Shown piece after piece: positions 38,509-47,069 of a DNA stretch of 64,000 nt (position 1 is the stretch's first letter; each line of letters starts with the position of its first letter). The translations under genes were made by a program, and so were the position numbers. Location: assembly GCA_028875655.1 (NCBI GenBank), contig JAPPCX010000069.1, forward strand, positions 13,268-77,267. Direction: 5' to 3'. The notes below the pieces were generated by a model. That model saw only the letters and a list, made by a program, of their open reading frames with translations. It made no database searches and was not told the origin of the DNA. The stretch is from Chloroflexota bacterium. Lineage in GTDB: Bacteria; Chloroflexota; Dehalococcoidia; Lucifugimonadales; UBA3495.

Positions 38509-39771
38509 ATGTCTGAAAACACTACACACCTCAGCGACGGCGAGAGCCACGGCGCCCTGGCCGGCTACCGGGTGCTGGACTTCGGCTGGGTGCTGGCCGG
38601 CGCCATCCCAGGCATGGTACTGGCCGACATGGGCGCAGAGGTCATCAAGGTCGAAACCCGCCAACGGCTGGACTATATGCGCTTGGGCCGCCCCATCGTC
38701 GGCGACCAACCGGACCCCGAGCAGAACCCCATGTTCCACAACGTCAACCGGGGCAAGCTCAGCGTAACCCTTAACATCGGCGAATCCGAGGCTGTGGAAC
38801 TGGCGAAACGCTTGGTCGCCAAATGCGACGTGGTGATTGAGAACTTCTCCCCCGGCGTGATGGATCGCCTGGGCCTGGCTTATGAAACGCTCCGCGCCAT
38901 TAAGCCCGACATCATCATGGCCTCCATATCCTCTACCGGCCAGGAAGGCCCGTTCCGGGATCTGCGCGCCTACGCCCCGTCCATCGGCGCCCTGTCCGGC
39001 CTCGACAGCACCATGGGGTACGAGGGCGGCGGGCCGCTGGGACTCAAGCACGCCTTCGGCGACATCTGCGGCGCGCTGCACGCCGTGTTCGCCATCGTGT
39101 CCGCGCTGTACCGCCGCAACCGGACGGGTGAAGGACAGTACATCGACGTGTCCATGCTGCGCGCCACGGTAGTTACGCAAGGGGCCGGCCTGATGGAACA
39201 CGCGCTGACCGGCCGGGCGCTGCAACCTCGCGGCAACTATGACCCCACGATGGTTCCCTACGGCAACTACCCTTGCGCCCCGGGCTCCGATGGCAATGAT
39301 GACAAGTGGATCTCCATCGCGGTTGCCGCCGAAAGCGAATGGCAGGGCTTGGTGGAGGCAATGGGCAGCCCGGCATGGGCAAAGGACCAACGGTTCGGCA
39401 GCCAGTACCGGCGGCAGCGGCACCGCCGGGAACTGGATGGGCTGCTGTCCCAGTGGACGGCCCAACATGATGCCGACGCCCTCACCGAGCTGCTGCAAGG
39501 CCACGGCGTCGCTGCCGCGCCGGTGCTCAGCGCCGAGGAGCGTCTGTTTCACCCGCACTTCATGGAGCGCGGGTTATACCGCGACATCGATCACCCGGCC
39601 CTGGGCGCGGAGCCCATATTCAACTTGATGTGGGGGCTGAGCAAAACTCCTTCCGCGGTGCGTCGCCACGCGCCGCTCATGGGCGAGCATAACCGGCAGG
39701 TGCTGTGCAATACGCTGGGATTGAACGAGGCGGAACTGGCGGAGCTGGAAGAAAAGCGGGTGGTATATTAG
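38509..39771 (+). CDS. Family III CoA-transferase (CaiB/BaiF), paralog 2
   Basis: LAGYRVLDFGWVLAGAIPGMVLADMGAEVIKVE. 420 aa. Confidence 0.85.
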   Translation: MSENTTHLSDGESHGALAGYRVLDFGWVLAGAIPGMVLADMGAEVIKVETRQRLDYMRLGRPIVGDQPDPEQNPMFHNVNRGKLSVTLNIGESEAVELAKRLVAKCDVVIENFSPGVMDRLGLAYETLRAIKPDIIMASISSTGQEGPFRDLRAYAPSIGALSGLDSTMGYEGGGPLGLKHAFGDICGALHAVFAIVSALYRRNRTGEGQYIDVSMLRATVVTQGAGLMEHALTGRALQPRGNYDPTMVPYGNYPCAPGSDGNDDKWISIAVAAESEWQGLVEAMGSPAWAKDQRFGSQYRRQRHRRELDGLLSQWTAQHDADALTELLQGHGVAAAPVLSAEERLFHPHFMERGLYRDIDHPALGAEPIFNLMWGLSKTPSAVRRHAPLMGEHNRQVLCNTLGLNEAELAELEEKRVVY

Positions 39772-39802
39772 CCGGGATTATGAACAACCGAGAGGATCGG
39801 CA

Positions 39803-41038
39803 ATGACGCAGCAACAACCCCAGCAACAGGTCGTGGAAACGCTGCCCGAAGTGGAGGGCGGCATCTCCGACGAAGCCCTCGCTGCCGCCCGCGCCATGAT
39901 CGGCGTGCGGATGCGCACCGAGCAGTACGTCCGCCAGGCCAACCTGGACACCATGCTCAACTTCGTCAACGGCATCGGCGACGCCAACCCGCTCTTCCGC
40001 GATCAGGAATACGCCGCCTACTCCAAGTACGGCAGCGTCATCGGCCACCCCTGCGCGCCGTACATGCGTCATTGGTCGGGCCGAACCCGTTGGGGCCTGC
40101 CCGGCGTCCATGGCTTCTTTGCCGGCAACGATTGGGAGTTCTTCCGCGTCCTGCGTCCCGGCGATGCCGTCAACTGCGTGGAGCGCGTGCTGGACGTGCA
40201 GGAGAAGCAGAGCCAATACTCCGGTCGTCTGGTCATCCAGTACGTTGAGACCACCTACTCCAACCAGCGCGACGAGGTGGTCGCCCGCGTGGTGGGCTGG
40301 TGTACCCGCCACCAGCGCCGCGCCTCCCGCGAGCGCGGCAAATACGCCGACGTGCCCAAGCGCCACGAGTACACCGAGGACGAACTGGCCGCCATCGACG
40401 AGCAGGTGCTCAACGAAACCGCCCGCGGCGGCCAGCCCCGCTACTGGGAGGACACCGAAATTGGCGAGGAACTGCCCACCGTCGTGCGCGGCCCACTATC
40501 CTTGCAGGACGTAAGCGCGTTCCTCGTCGGCACCGGACGCTCCAGCGCCCACGGCGTCCTGCTCCGCGAGGCCATGCGCCATCCCAACCACTTCTTCCGC
40601 AACCCCGAATCCGGCGGCGGACTGGAATATACGGGCATCGGCCACCTGCGCGATTCCGTCGCCGAGGCCGTCGGAGTCCCCGGCGCCTACGACTACGGCC
40701 CGCAGCGCGTCTCGTGGCTGGGCACGTTGATGACCAACTGGATGGGAGACGACGCCTTCCTCAAGCGCCTGCGCGTGGAAACCCGCCGCTTCAACGTCTA
40801 TGGCGACACCCAGTTCCTCAAGGGCCGCGTCGCCCGCAAGTACATCCACGACGGCAACGCCCTGGTGGACGTGGACATCTGGGCCGAAAACCAGCGGGGC
40901 GAAGTAACCGCCCCCGGCATGGCCACCGTGCAGCTCCCTTCGCGTAACCCCCACAACCCCTGGTTCACCGACGGCAGCCACCTCTCCCTCCGCAATGTCC
41001 CCCTGCCGGAGGAGGCCCCGCCAATACTGCCGGTTTGA
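39803..41038 (+). CDS. Double hot-dog MaoC-like (R)-hydratase/dehydratase
   Basis: 411 aa. The N-terminal MaoC_dehydrat_N-like region (NFVNGIGDANPLFRD) is followed by a second hot-dog half. Confidence 0.7.
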   Translation: MTQQQPQQQVVETLPEVEGGISDEALAAARAMIGVRMRTEQYVRQANLDTMLNFVNGIGDANPLFRDQEYAAYSKYGSVIGHPCAPYMRHWSGRTRWGLPGVHGFFAGNDWEFFRVLRPGDAVNCVERVLDVQEKQSQYSGRLVIQYVETTYSNQRDEVVARVVGWCTRHQRRASRERGKYADVPKRHEYTEDELAAIDEQVLNETARGGQPRYWEDTEIGEELPTVVRGPLSLQDVSAFLVGTGRSSAHGVLLREAMRHPNHFFRNPESGGGLEYTGIGHLRDSVAEAVGVPGAYDYGPQRVSWLGTLMTNWMGDDAFLKRLRVETRRFNVYGDTQFLKGRVARKYIHDGNALVDVDIWAENQRGEVTAPGMATVQLPSRNPHNPWFTDGSHLSLRNVPLPEEAPPILPV

Positions 41039-41039
41039 T

Positions 41040-41384
41040 ATGATGGATGAAAATGACGAAGAACATGGCTCGACTTTCTTTCCGTGCCCGTATTTGGGAG
41101 GCCTAGCGGACCTGAATGATGAACGGGAGAGGCACATCAGAGATGGTCACGGTGAACTCCTCCCTGAGCGTGTTGAACTTATCGAGCTCACATTAGCCGC
41201 TCCGGAACGGATACAGCGCAAGATACCGGACGATAACTCCCTCCAATTCTGTCGCTGGTATCAGGATTTGGGAAAGTACGTGGTCGTAGCCGTGGTCAAC
41301 GATTCCAGACCGCGCAAGTGGATAGTGACCGCCTATGTCACCCACAGATTGCCCAGAGGAGAAATAATATGGCAGCGCGACTGA
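41040..41384 (+). CDS. Putative toxin, barnase/EndoU/RelE-like (PBECR/DUF4258-type) small protein
   Basis: 114 aa with ERHIRDGHGELLP...AAPERIQ...KYVVVAVVND...WIVTAYVT. The pattern, from memory, is H-I-x-x-x-H-P-E-like plus a VTAY tail. Confidence 0.45.
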   Translation: MMDENDEEHGSTFFPCPYLGGLADLNDERERHIRDGHGELLPERVELIELTLAAPERIQRKIPDDNSLQFCRWYQDLGKYVVVAVVNDSRPRKWIVTAYVTHRLPRGEIIWQRD

Positions 41385-41779
41385 GTTTTGCCTACGACAG
41401 GATCGGCGATATCCTGTTCGTAGGCAAATGCCGCCCATATCGGGAGCAAGACTCTGATGACATCGAGGATATGGTCATTGCCAGATTCAACCCGCATACC
41501 GACGAGGTTGAAAGCTTTGAGGTGTTGTTTCTGTCAGGCCGAATTGCCAGCCACGACCCGTTCCAGTTGAACATCCCAGTTGCCGCCGGCGCAATCAACG
41601 ACCAGCCGGTGCCGGCTGAATTCGACTGTCTGGTAGAACCCGGCTTAGAATGGCTCACCATCCCACGCGCCGCCGTCGTGGGCATGGAGCTGGACACCCG
41701 GCCCCCCAAACGCCCCACCTATCCCGGCAACCGTCCCGCCGACGTAAGCCGCTTCGAGTTGCAACTTACCGCAGCCTGA
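41369..41779 (+). CDS. DUF2283-like putative antitoxin
   Basis: MAARLSFAYDRIGDILFV...DMVIARFNPHTDEVESFEVLFLS fits the DUF2283 pattern. Overlaps the preceding ORF by 16 nt. Confidence 0.5.
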   Translation: MAARLSFAYDRIGDILFVGKCRPYREQDSDDIEDMVIARFNPHTDEVESFEVLFLSGRIASHDPFQLNIPVAAGAINDQPVPAEFDCLVEPGLEWLTIPRAAVVGMELDTRPPKRPTYPGNRPADVSRFELQLTAA

Positions 41780-41904
41780 TGCCCACCATGCTGGACGTAT
41801 CGCATTTGCAGTCTGCGGATTAGCGCTACGGACTAAACCCGTCCTCCGGTATCAGCACAGCTCGGCGGAGAGTTAGGGCCGTCGCTTCTGTCACAGCTCC
41901 GCCA

Positions 41905-43266
41905 TTGTCGAAAGTTATCATGTTCACGATTGGCGTAGTTTTACGTCGTTCCACGTTGTTGGTATTCACGGTTTTCGTCTTGACCGCTTGTGGTTCGGAT
42001 ACGAAACCCACGGCTACTCCCGAAGTTGCAGCACATATTGCTACGGCGGTGACGCGGACCCAGACTCTACCCGCTGCTACGGCGTCGCCACAACCGATGC
42101 AACTGCAACCCGCTACATCAGTGCCACCCCCGGAACCTACAGCTACGCTGGAGCCAACCAAAACCCCAACTGCCGCGGTGACACCGGCACTGTCGCCGAC
42201 GAAAGCGCCTACTCTAACACCCGAACCAACGCTTACGCCGACGCCTGAGCCAACGCCGTATGTCATACATGGCTATTGTGGCCGTTTATGTGATGAGGCG
42301 TTTTGGGTTTCTGCTGCAACAATCGAAAGCGTGCAGGATGAACTGGATGAAGGTGCAGATCCCGGAGCAAAGGATGAATTCGGTCAAACCCCGTTACATT
42401 GGGCATCGAAGCTGAACACGTTAGTGTTTAATTCTGATACTACGGCCATTGAGTTACTCTTGGATCATGGTGCCGACATTGATGCCAAGAATAGCCACGG
42501 TTGGACGCCCTTGGTTGAGATTGCTGATACGGACAACACCGCAGCCATAAACTTTCTGCTAGAACGAGGGGCTGATGTCAACGCGAAGGATAATCGCAAC
42601 TCTACGGCATTACACAGAGCCGCGACTACTTATCCCGATCGCATCGAGTCGTTGCTCTATCATGGAGCTGACATAGATGCCCAAGACAATGAGGGTATGA
42701 CACCCATGCATTACGCGGCATTTGATGGAACCCTCTCATCTATCACGACGTTACTCGACCACGGGGCCGATATGTCTATCAGAGGCAGCAATGGCATGAC
42801 AGTCCTTCATAACGCCGCTGTTTATAATCACGACCCGGCAGTCATTAACCTTCTGATGGAAAGAGGTGCGAATATTAATGTTAAAGACAACAGAGGTAGA
42901 ATACCTTTACATATCGCTGCCGCTGATTTCAGCGAGCCGGCGCGAATAGCATTGCTGTTGGATTTGGGCTCTGATATTGAAGCTAGTGATGAGCAAGGCG
43001 CGCGGCCATTGCATTATGCTGCAACTAATGAGGATGTCAGGATAACTGGACTGCTACTTGACCGTGGTGCCGATGTTACGGCTAAGGATTATGCCGGCCA
43101 AGCGCCATTGCATTATGCGGTGTTTAACGGAGAACCGACTGTTGTTTCGCTATTGCTCGACCAGTCTGCCGATATTGCGGCCAAAGATTATTATGGCCAA
43201 ACGGCCTGTGATTATGCAGAGGCAAATGATAGCTTGCCGGAGATCCGTCTTCTCGTGTGCCAATGA
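41905..43266 (+). CDS. Ankyrin-repeat lipoprotein (about 9 repeats) with a Thr/Pro-rich linker
   Basis: Lipobox VLTAC, a TPEPTLTPTPEPTP linker, then repeated TPLHxAAxxxxxxxxxxLLxxGAD units. GC is visibly lower than the flanks. Confidence 0.85.
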   Translation: MSKVIMFTIGVVLRRSTLLVFTVFVLTACGSDTKPTATPEVAAHIATAVTRTQTLPAATASPQPMQLQPATSVPPPEPTATLEPTKTPTAAVTPALSPTKAPTLTPEPTLTPTPEPTPYVIHGYCGRLCDEAFWVSAATIESVQDELDEGADPGAKDEFGQTPLHWASKLNTLVFNSDTTAIELLLDHGADIDAKNSHGWTPLVEIADTDNTAAINFLLERGADVNAKDNRNSTALHRAATTYPDRIESLLYHGADIDAQDNEGMTPMHYAAFDGTLSSITTLLDHGADMSIRGSNGMTVLHNAAVYNHDPAVINLLMERGANINVKDNRGRIPLHIAAADFSEPARIALLLDLGSDIEASDEQGARPLHYAATNEDVRITGLLLDRGADVTAKDYAGQAPLHYAVFNGEPTVVSLLLDQSADIAAKDYYGQTACDYAEANDSLPEIRLLVCQ

Positions 43267-43366
43267 TTTTGTCCGGCACCCTTGCCGAATCTGTCGGCCG
43301 ATGACCCACACCCAAGTCAGTGATACAGTGACCTACAGTTGCCTTCACAGCCAGTAGCAGTGTGCC

Positions 43367-43703
43367 ATGACCATCATCGCCAAACCCACCACCGACACTC
43401 CCACCGCCATCGCCCCCGACGGCGCCATCGTTCTGCGTCTCTCGGCCTTGGGCATCGACCATCGCGCCGCCGATTTTCCCGTGCGGTTCATCGAGTTCTG
43501 CGAGCAGAACGATCTGTACGAGATGGAAGTCACCGCCGAGGGGGAGTTGCTGATACTTCCTATGACCGGATACCAGGGCAACAAGCAAGAACTTAACGGG
43601 TCAATCAGAGCCGCAGTTACTCGATGCCCCGGACATCCTTGACGGTGACGACGTGCTACCCGGATTCGCCTTCCCGGTACGACGGTACATCTTCGATATA
43701 TGA
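43367..43703 (+). pseudogene. Decayed Uma2-family endonuclease gene (internal deletion plus frameshift)
   Basis: The N-terminal part (YEMEVTAEGELLILPMTGYQGN) ends at a TGA at about 43640. The family C-terminus (DILDGDDVLPGFAFPVRRYIF) continues in another frame. Total length is about 112 codons against about 190 expected. Confidence 0.65.
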
Positions 43704-44935
43704 ATATGACTAGCAGCCCCAGACCCACCACAGCCCTCCCCAACCTCCGCGTCCTGGAGGTTGCGTCGCTCATCCCCGGCCCCTACTGCGGCAAGCTCCT
43801 CGCCTCTCTCGGCGCTACCGTCATCAAGGCCGAACCACCCAACGCCGGCGACCTTTCCCGACGCCGCGGCCCCTTCCCCAACGACGTTCCCCATCCCGAG
43901 CGCAGCGGCCTGTACCTTTACCTCAACACCGGCAAGCAGTCCATCACCCTCAACCTGCACGACCTGGCCGGACGCGACCTGCTGCGCCAACTGGTCGCCC
44001 GCGTCGATATGGTCGTCCACGACTATACGCCGGCCAACGCTGCCGCCGTCGGACTCGACGAACCATCCCTCCGAGCCGCCAATCCCAACGTCATCATCGT
44101 CCCAGCAACCCCTTTCGGCAGCACCGGGCCCTACGCCGACTACCGCGCCGGACACCTCGCCACGTTCCACGCCGGCGGCGAGGGCTGGCTGCTCCCCAAC
44201 GGTGTCGCCCTCGATACGTTCCCCGACCGTCCGCCCATCGTGGCCGGCGCCAACATGGGTGACTACCAGGCGGGGCTCACCGCCGCCGTGGGCGCGCTGG
44301 CCGCCGTCCATCATCGCCTGGCCAACCCCGACGCATCCGCCGGCCAGATGGTTGACGCATCATCCCAGGAAGCCCAGTTGTCCGTCGGCTACATGCCCAT
44401 CCAACGCCACGAATCTGAGGGCATCACTGAGACCCGATTCTCCCGTTATTTCCGCGTCGGCGGCGTGCTACCCGCGTCCGACGGCTACGTGGAGTTGCTG
44501 ACGCTGGAGCCGCGCCAGTTCCAGGGCCTCCTCGAATTCATGGGTAATCCTGACTGGGCCAGCCCTGAGATGTTCAGCGACCCGGCCACCCACGGCCCGG
44601 AACTCAACCGCCACATGCGCGACTGGTTCAGCCAGCACACCCGCGAGTGGCTCTACGCCGAAGGCCAGGCCCACGGCGTCCCCGTCGCGCCCTACTACAC
44701 GCCGTCCGAGGTTTTCGCCAGCCCCCAGCAGCGGGAACGCGACTTCTACGCCACGGTCAACCACCCCGAAACCGGCCCCCTGGAATACACCGGCGCCCCC
44801 TTCCAGCTCAGCGAAACCCCCACCACCTTAACCCGCGCCTCCCTCCTCGGCGAGCACAACGCCGATGTGTACTGCGGGCTGCTGGGCTATGCGCCGCAGG
44901 AGTTGGCGGCACTGAGGAGGGCCGGTGCGGTGTGA
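43700..44935 (+). CDS. Family III CoA-transferase (CaiB/BaiF), paralog 3
   Basis: LPNLRVLEVASLIPGPYCGKLLASLGATVIKAE. 411 aa. Confidence 0.85.
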   Translation: MNMTSSPRPTTALPNLRVLEVASLIPGPYCGKLLASLGATVIKAEPPNAGDLSRRRGPFPNDVPHPERSGLYLYLNTGKQSITLNLHDLAGRDLLRQLVARVDMVVHDYTPANAAAVGLDEPSLRAANPNVIIVPATPFGSTGPYADYRAGHLATFHAGGEGWLLPNGVALDTFPDRPPIVAGANMGDYQAGLTAAVGALAAVHHRLANPDASAGQMVDASSQEAQLSVGYMPIQRHESEGITETRFSRYFRVGGVLPASDGYVELLTLEPRQFQGLLEFMGNPDWASPEMFSDPATHGPELNRHMRDWFSQHTREWLYAEGQAHGVPVAPYYTPSEVFASPQQRERDFYATVNHPETGPLEYTGAPFQLSETPTTLTRASLLGEHNADVYCGLLGYAPQELAALRRAGAV

Positions 44936-45090
44936 ATAGTCCGAGCGCAAAAAGGCTGGCCGGATTCTCGATTTTCGCGCCGCCATCAGTTAGTTTGAGA
45001 TCATCGGTCTCAACGAATTGCAGGTCGTTTGGCATCGAAACAAGATTTCCACTAATATACCGACTTCCTTACTACATTCAGGTGATCATC

Positions 45091-46005
45091 ATGCTAGAAC
45101 GTACTATAGACCTTGAAACCACTACTTGGACTCTGGTCTATGATCGGCAAGGCCAAGACATGGTCAGCATTGATGCGGAAGATTTGGCCGATACGCTACA
45201 GGCTCTCCGCCAGATAGTGCAACGAAGCAATCAGATCGTCAATGGCGCTGCTTCGGATGCTTCTCTGCGAGTGCTAGCCACAAGACCGGGATCTTTTGAT
45301 CTAGTTTGTCAGATGTCGGTAATGTTTGCTGGGGCTATGGTTCCGATGGCATCTCAGTACGGCCCTGCTGTCATGGCTCTCAAAACCCTTTTGTTCGGGG
45401 GCAGTGACGTAGAAGGCATTTTTAATATATTCAAGTATCGCCGAGGCCACCCAATCAGGCCTCAAAATATTACGGCGGATGTCGTGAACATTGTAGAAGG
45501 AGATGTGAATTACAATATTACAGTAGACGAACAAAGTATTTTGCAAGATGTTATCATCCAGACTGGAATGCGTGATATGGTAAGACCAATGCAAAGAGGG
45601 GATGTCGACGTGATGTCATTTCGAGATGACGATCGTGAGATGGTGACTTTCCACCACGATGATTTTGATTGGCGTGTCATGGAAACGGTCGCTTCGGAGG
45701 AGTTCAATACTATCAACATAGATAGTCAGCGTTTGCGCGTAGTGGCACCAAATCTAGGCAACCCCTACGCAAAATGGCGCTTGAGTGATGGTTCTACAAC
45801 AAATTGGTACTCTATATTAGATGAATCTTTCTTGAAGCGCGTTACCGATGGTGAAGAGCGATTCGGCACAGGGGATACTCTTGAATGCAGAGTCCGGATC
45901 GTACAATCTGTAGACGATATGGGCAAAATCAGAAGTGAGTATTTAATATCACGAGTGGCCACCCACTACGCGGGTGGAGTGCAATTGGCTCTTCCCGAGG
46001 TATGA
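45091..46005 (+). CDS. Orphan hypothetical protein in an AT-rich islet
   Basis: ATG at 45091 preceded by AGGTGA. 304 aa. Codon usage and GC (below 50% by eye) differ sharply from the neighbours. The upstream part of the 452-aa track ORF is overlap with the CoA-transferase gene. Confidence 0.6.
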   Translation: MLERTIDLETTTWTLVYDRQGQDMVSIDAEDLADTLQALRQIVQRSNQIVNGAASDASLRVLATRPGSFDLVCQMSVMFAGAMVPMASQYGPAVMALKTLLFGGSDVEGIFNIFKYRRGHPIRPQNITADVVNIVEGDVNYNITVDEQSILQDVIIQTGMRDMVRPMQRGDVDVMSFRDDDREMVTFHHDDFDWRVMETVASEEFNTINIDSQRLRVVAPNLGNPYAKWRLSDGSTTNWYSILDESFLKRVTDGEERFGTGDTLECRVRIVQSVDDMGKIRSEYLISRVATHYAGGVQLALPEV

Positions 46006-46220
46006 TCCATCTGCCCCCGATGGAGTCCGGCTCCAAGTAAGACTTGTCTCCTCGAATCACGGTCAGGTCGTGTTGCTCGGTCTTGCAAGGGTGAAATTTG
46101 ATCCTCTCATGGTGTTGGTGCATTGCGTTGGCGTGGGCTGTCGCGTCGTATAATGCCTCTATTCTCGCGAACCCATCCGCCCGAAACGCGCCGGGTTCGC
46201 CATCACTGGAGGCAATCCCT

Positions 46221-47042
46221 ATGGACTTCGGACTCGAAGGTAAGCTCGCATTCGTCGGCGGCGCCAGCCGCGGCATCGGCAAGGCCATCGCCCTGGAACT
46301 CGCCCGTGAGGGCGCGGACGTCGTCGTCGGCTCTCGTTCCATGCCTGACCTGGAAGCGACCGCCGCCGAAATCGTCGAGACCACCGGCCGCCGCGCCATC
46401 CCCATGTCCTTTGACGCTACCAACCGGGAGCAGGTGGACCGCGTTATCAACGCCGCCGCCGATACCCTGGGCGGCCTGCACATCCTGGTCAACAGCGCGT
46501 CCCTGCCCGGCGGCTCGCCCAGCGCCACCGGGCCAATCGAGGACCTGATCGATGAGGACCTGATCAGCGACTTCGACGTTAAGTTCGTTGGCGCGCTGCG
46601 CTGCTCCCGCGCCGCCATCCCTCTGCTCAAGGCCCAGGGTTATGGGCGCATCATCAACATCAGCGGACTCAACGCCCGCAACGCCGGCAACCTCAGTGGC
46701 GGCGCGCGCAACACCTCCCTGGTCCACATGACCAAGACCCTGGCCGCCCAGCTGGGACAGTTCGGCATCACCGTCAACTGCATCCATCCGGGCACCACCC
46801 GCACCGAGCGTACCCCCAGCCTGCTGGCCGCCCGTGCCGAGCAACTCGGCGGCGTATCCCTGGAAGAGGCCGAGGCCCAGGACTTCGCCCCCGGTTCGCC
46901 CCGCGGCAACCACATCTGCCGCATGGTGGACGCCTCCGAAATCGGCTACCTCACCGCCTTCCTCGCCTCCGATAAAGCCTGGGCCATCACCGGCGAACTC
47001 ATCGCAGCCGGCGGCGGCACCGGCAACGCGGTGTACTACTAG
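46221..47042 (+). CDS. SDR-family oxidoreductase
   Basis: A GGAGG RBS precedes the ATG at 46221. Contains the Rossmann motif GGASRGIGKAIA. Confidence 0.8.
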   Translation: MDFGLEGKLAFVGGASRGIGKAIALELAREGADVVVGSRSMPDLEATAAEIVETTGRRAIPMSFDATNREQVDRVINAAADTLGGLHILVNSASLPGGSPSATGPIEDLIDEDLISDFDVKFVGALRCSRAAIPLLKAQGYGRIINISGLNARNAGNLSGGARNTSLVHMTKTLAAQLGQFGITVNCIHPGTTRTERTPSLLAARAEQLGGVSLEEAEAQDFAPGSPRGNHICRMVDASEIGYLTAFLASDKAWAITGELIAAGGGTGNAVYY

Positions 47043-47069
47043 GGCGGACGGCTACTGCGGAGCATTGCC

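Noticed and set aside
44647-45090. The N-terminal 148 residues of the 452-aa ORF 44647-46005.
   Set aside because: This part overlaps the 3' end of CoA-transferase 3 in another frame and is Arg/Pro-rich. Composition changes at about 44940. An RBS plus ATG at 45091 gives a coherent AT-rich gene.
46006-46220. Possible further Uma2-like remnant on the minus strand (…HDLTVIRGDKSYLEPD…) and a promoter-like TATAAT at about 46150.
   Set aside because: The similarity is only a few residues. I could not find a -35 at proper spacing for the TATAAT. This is too weak to call.
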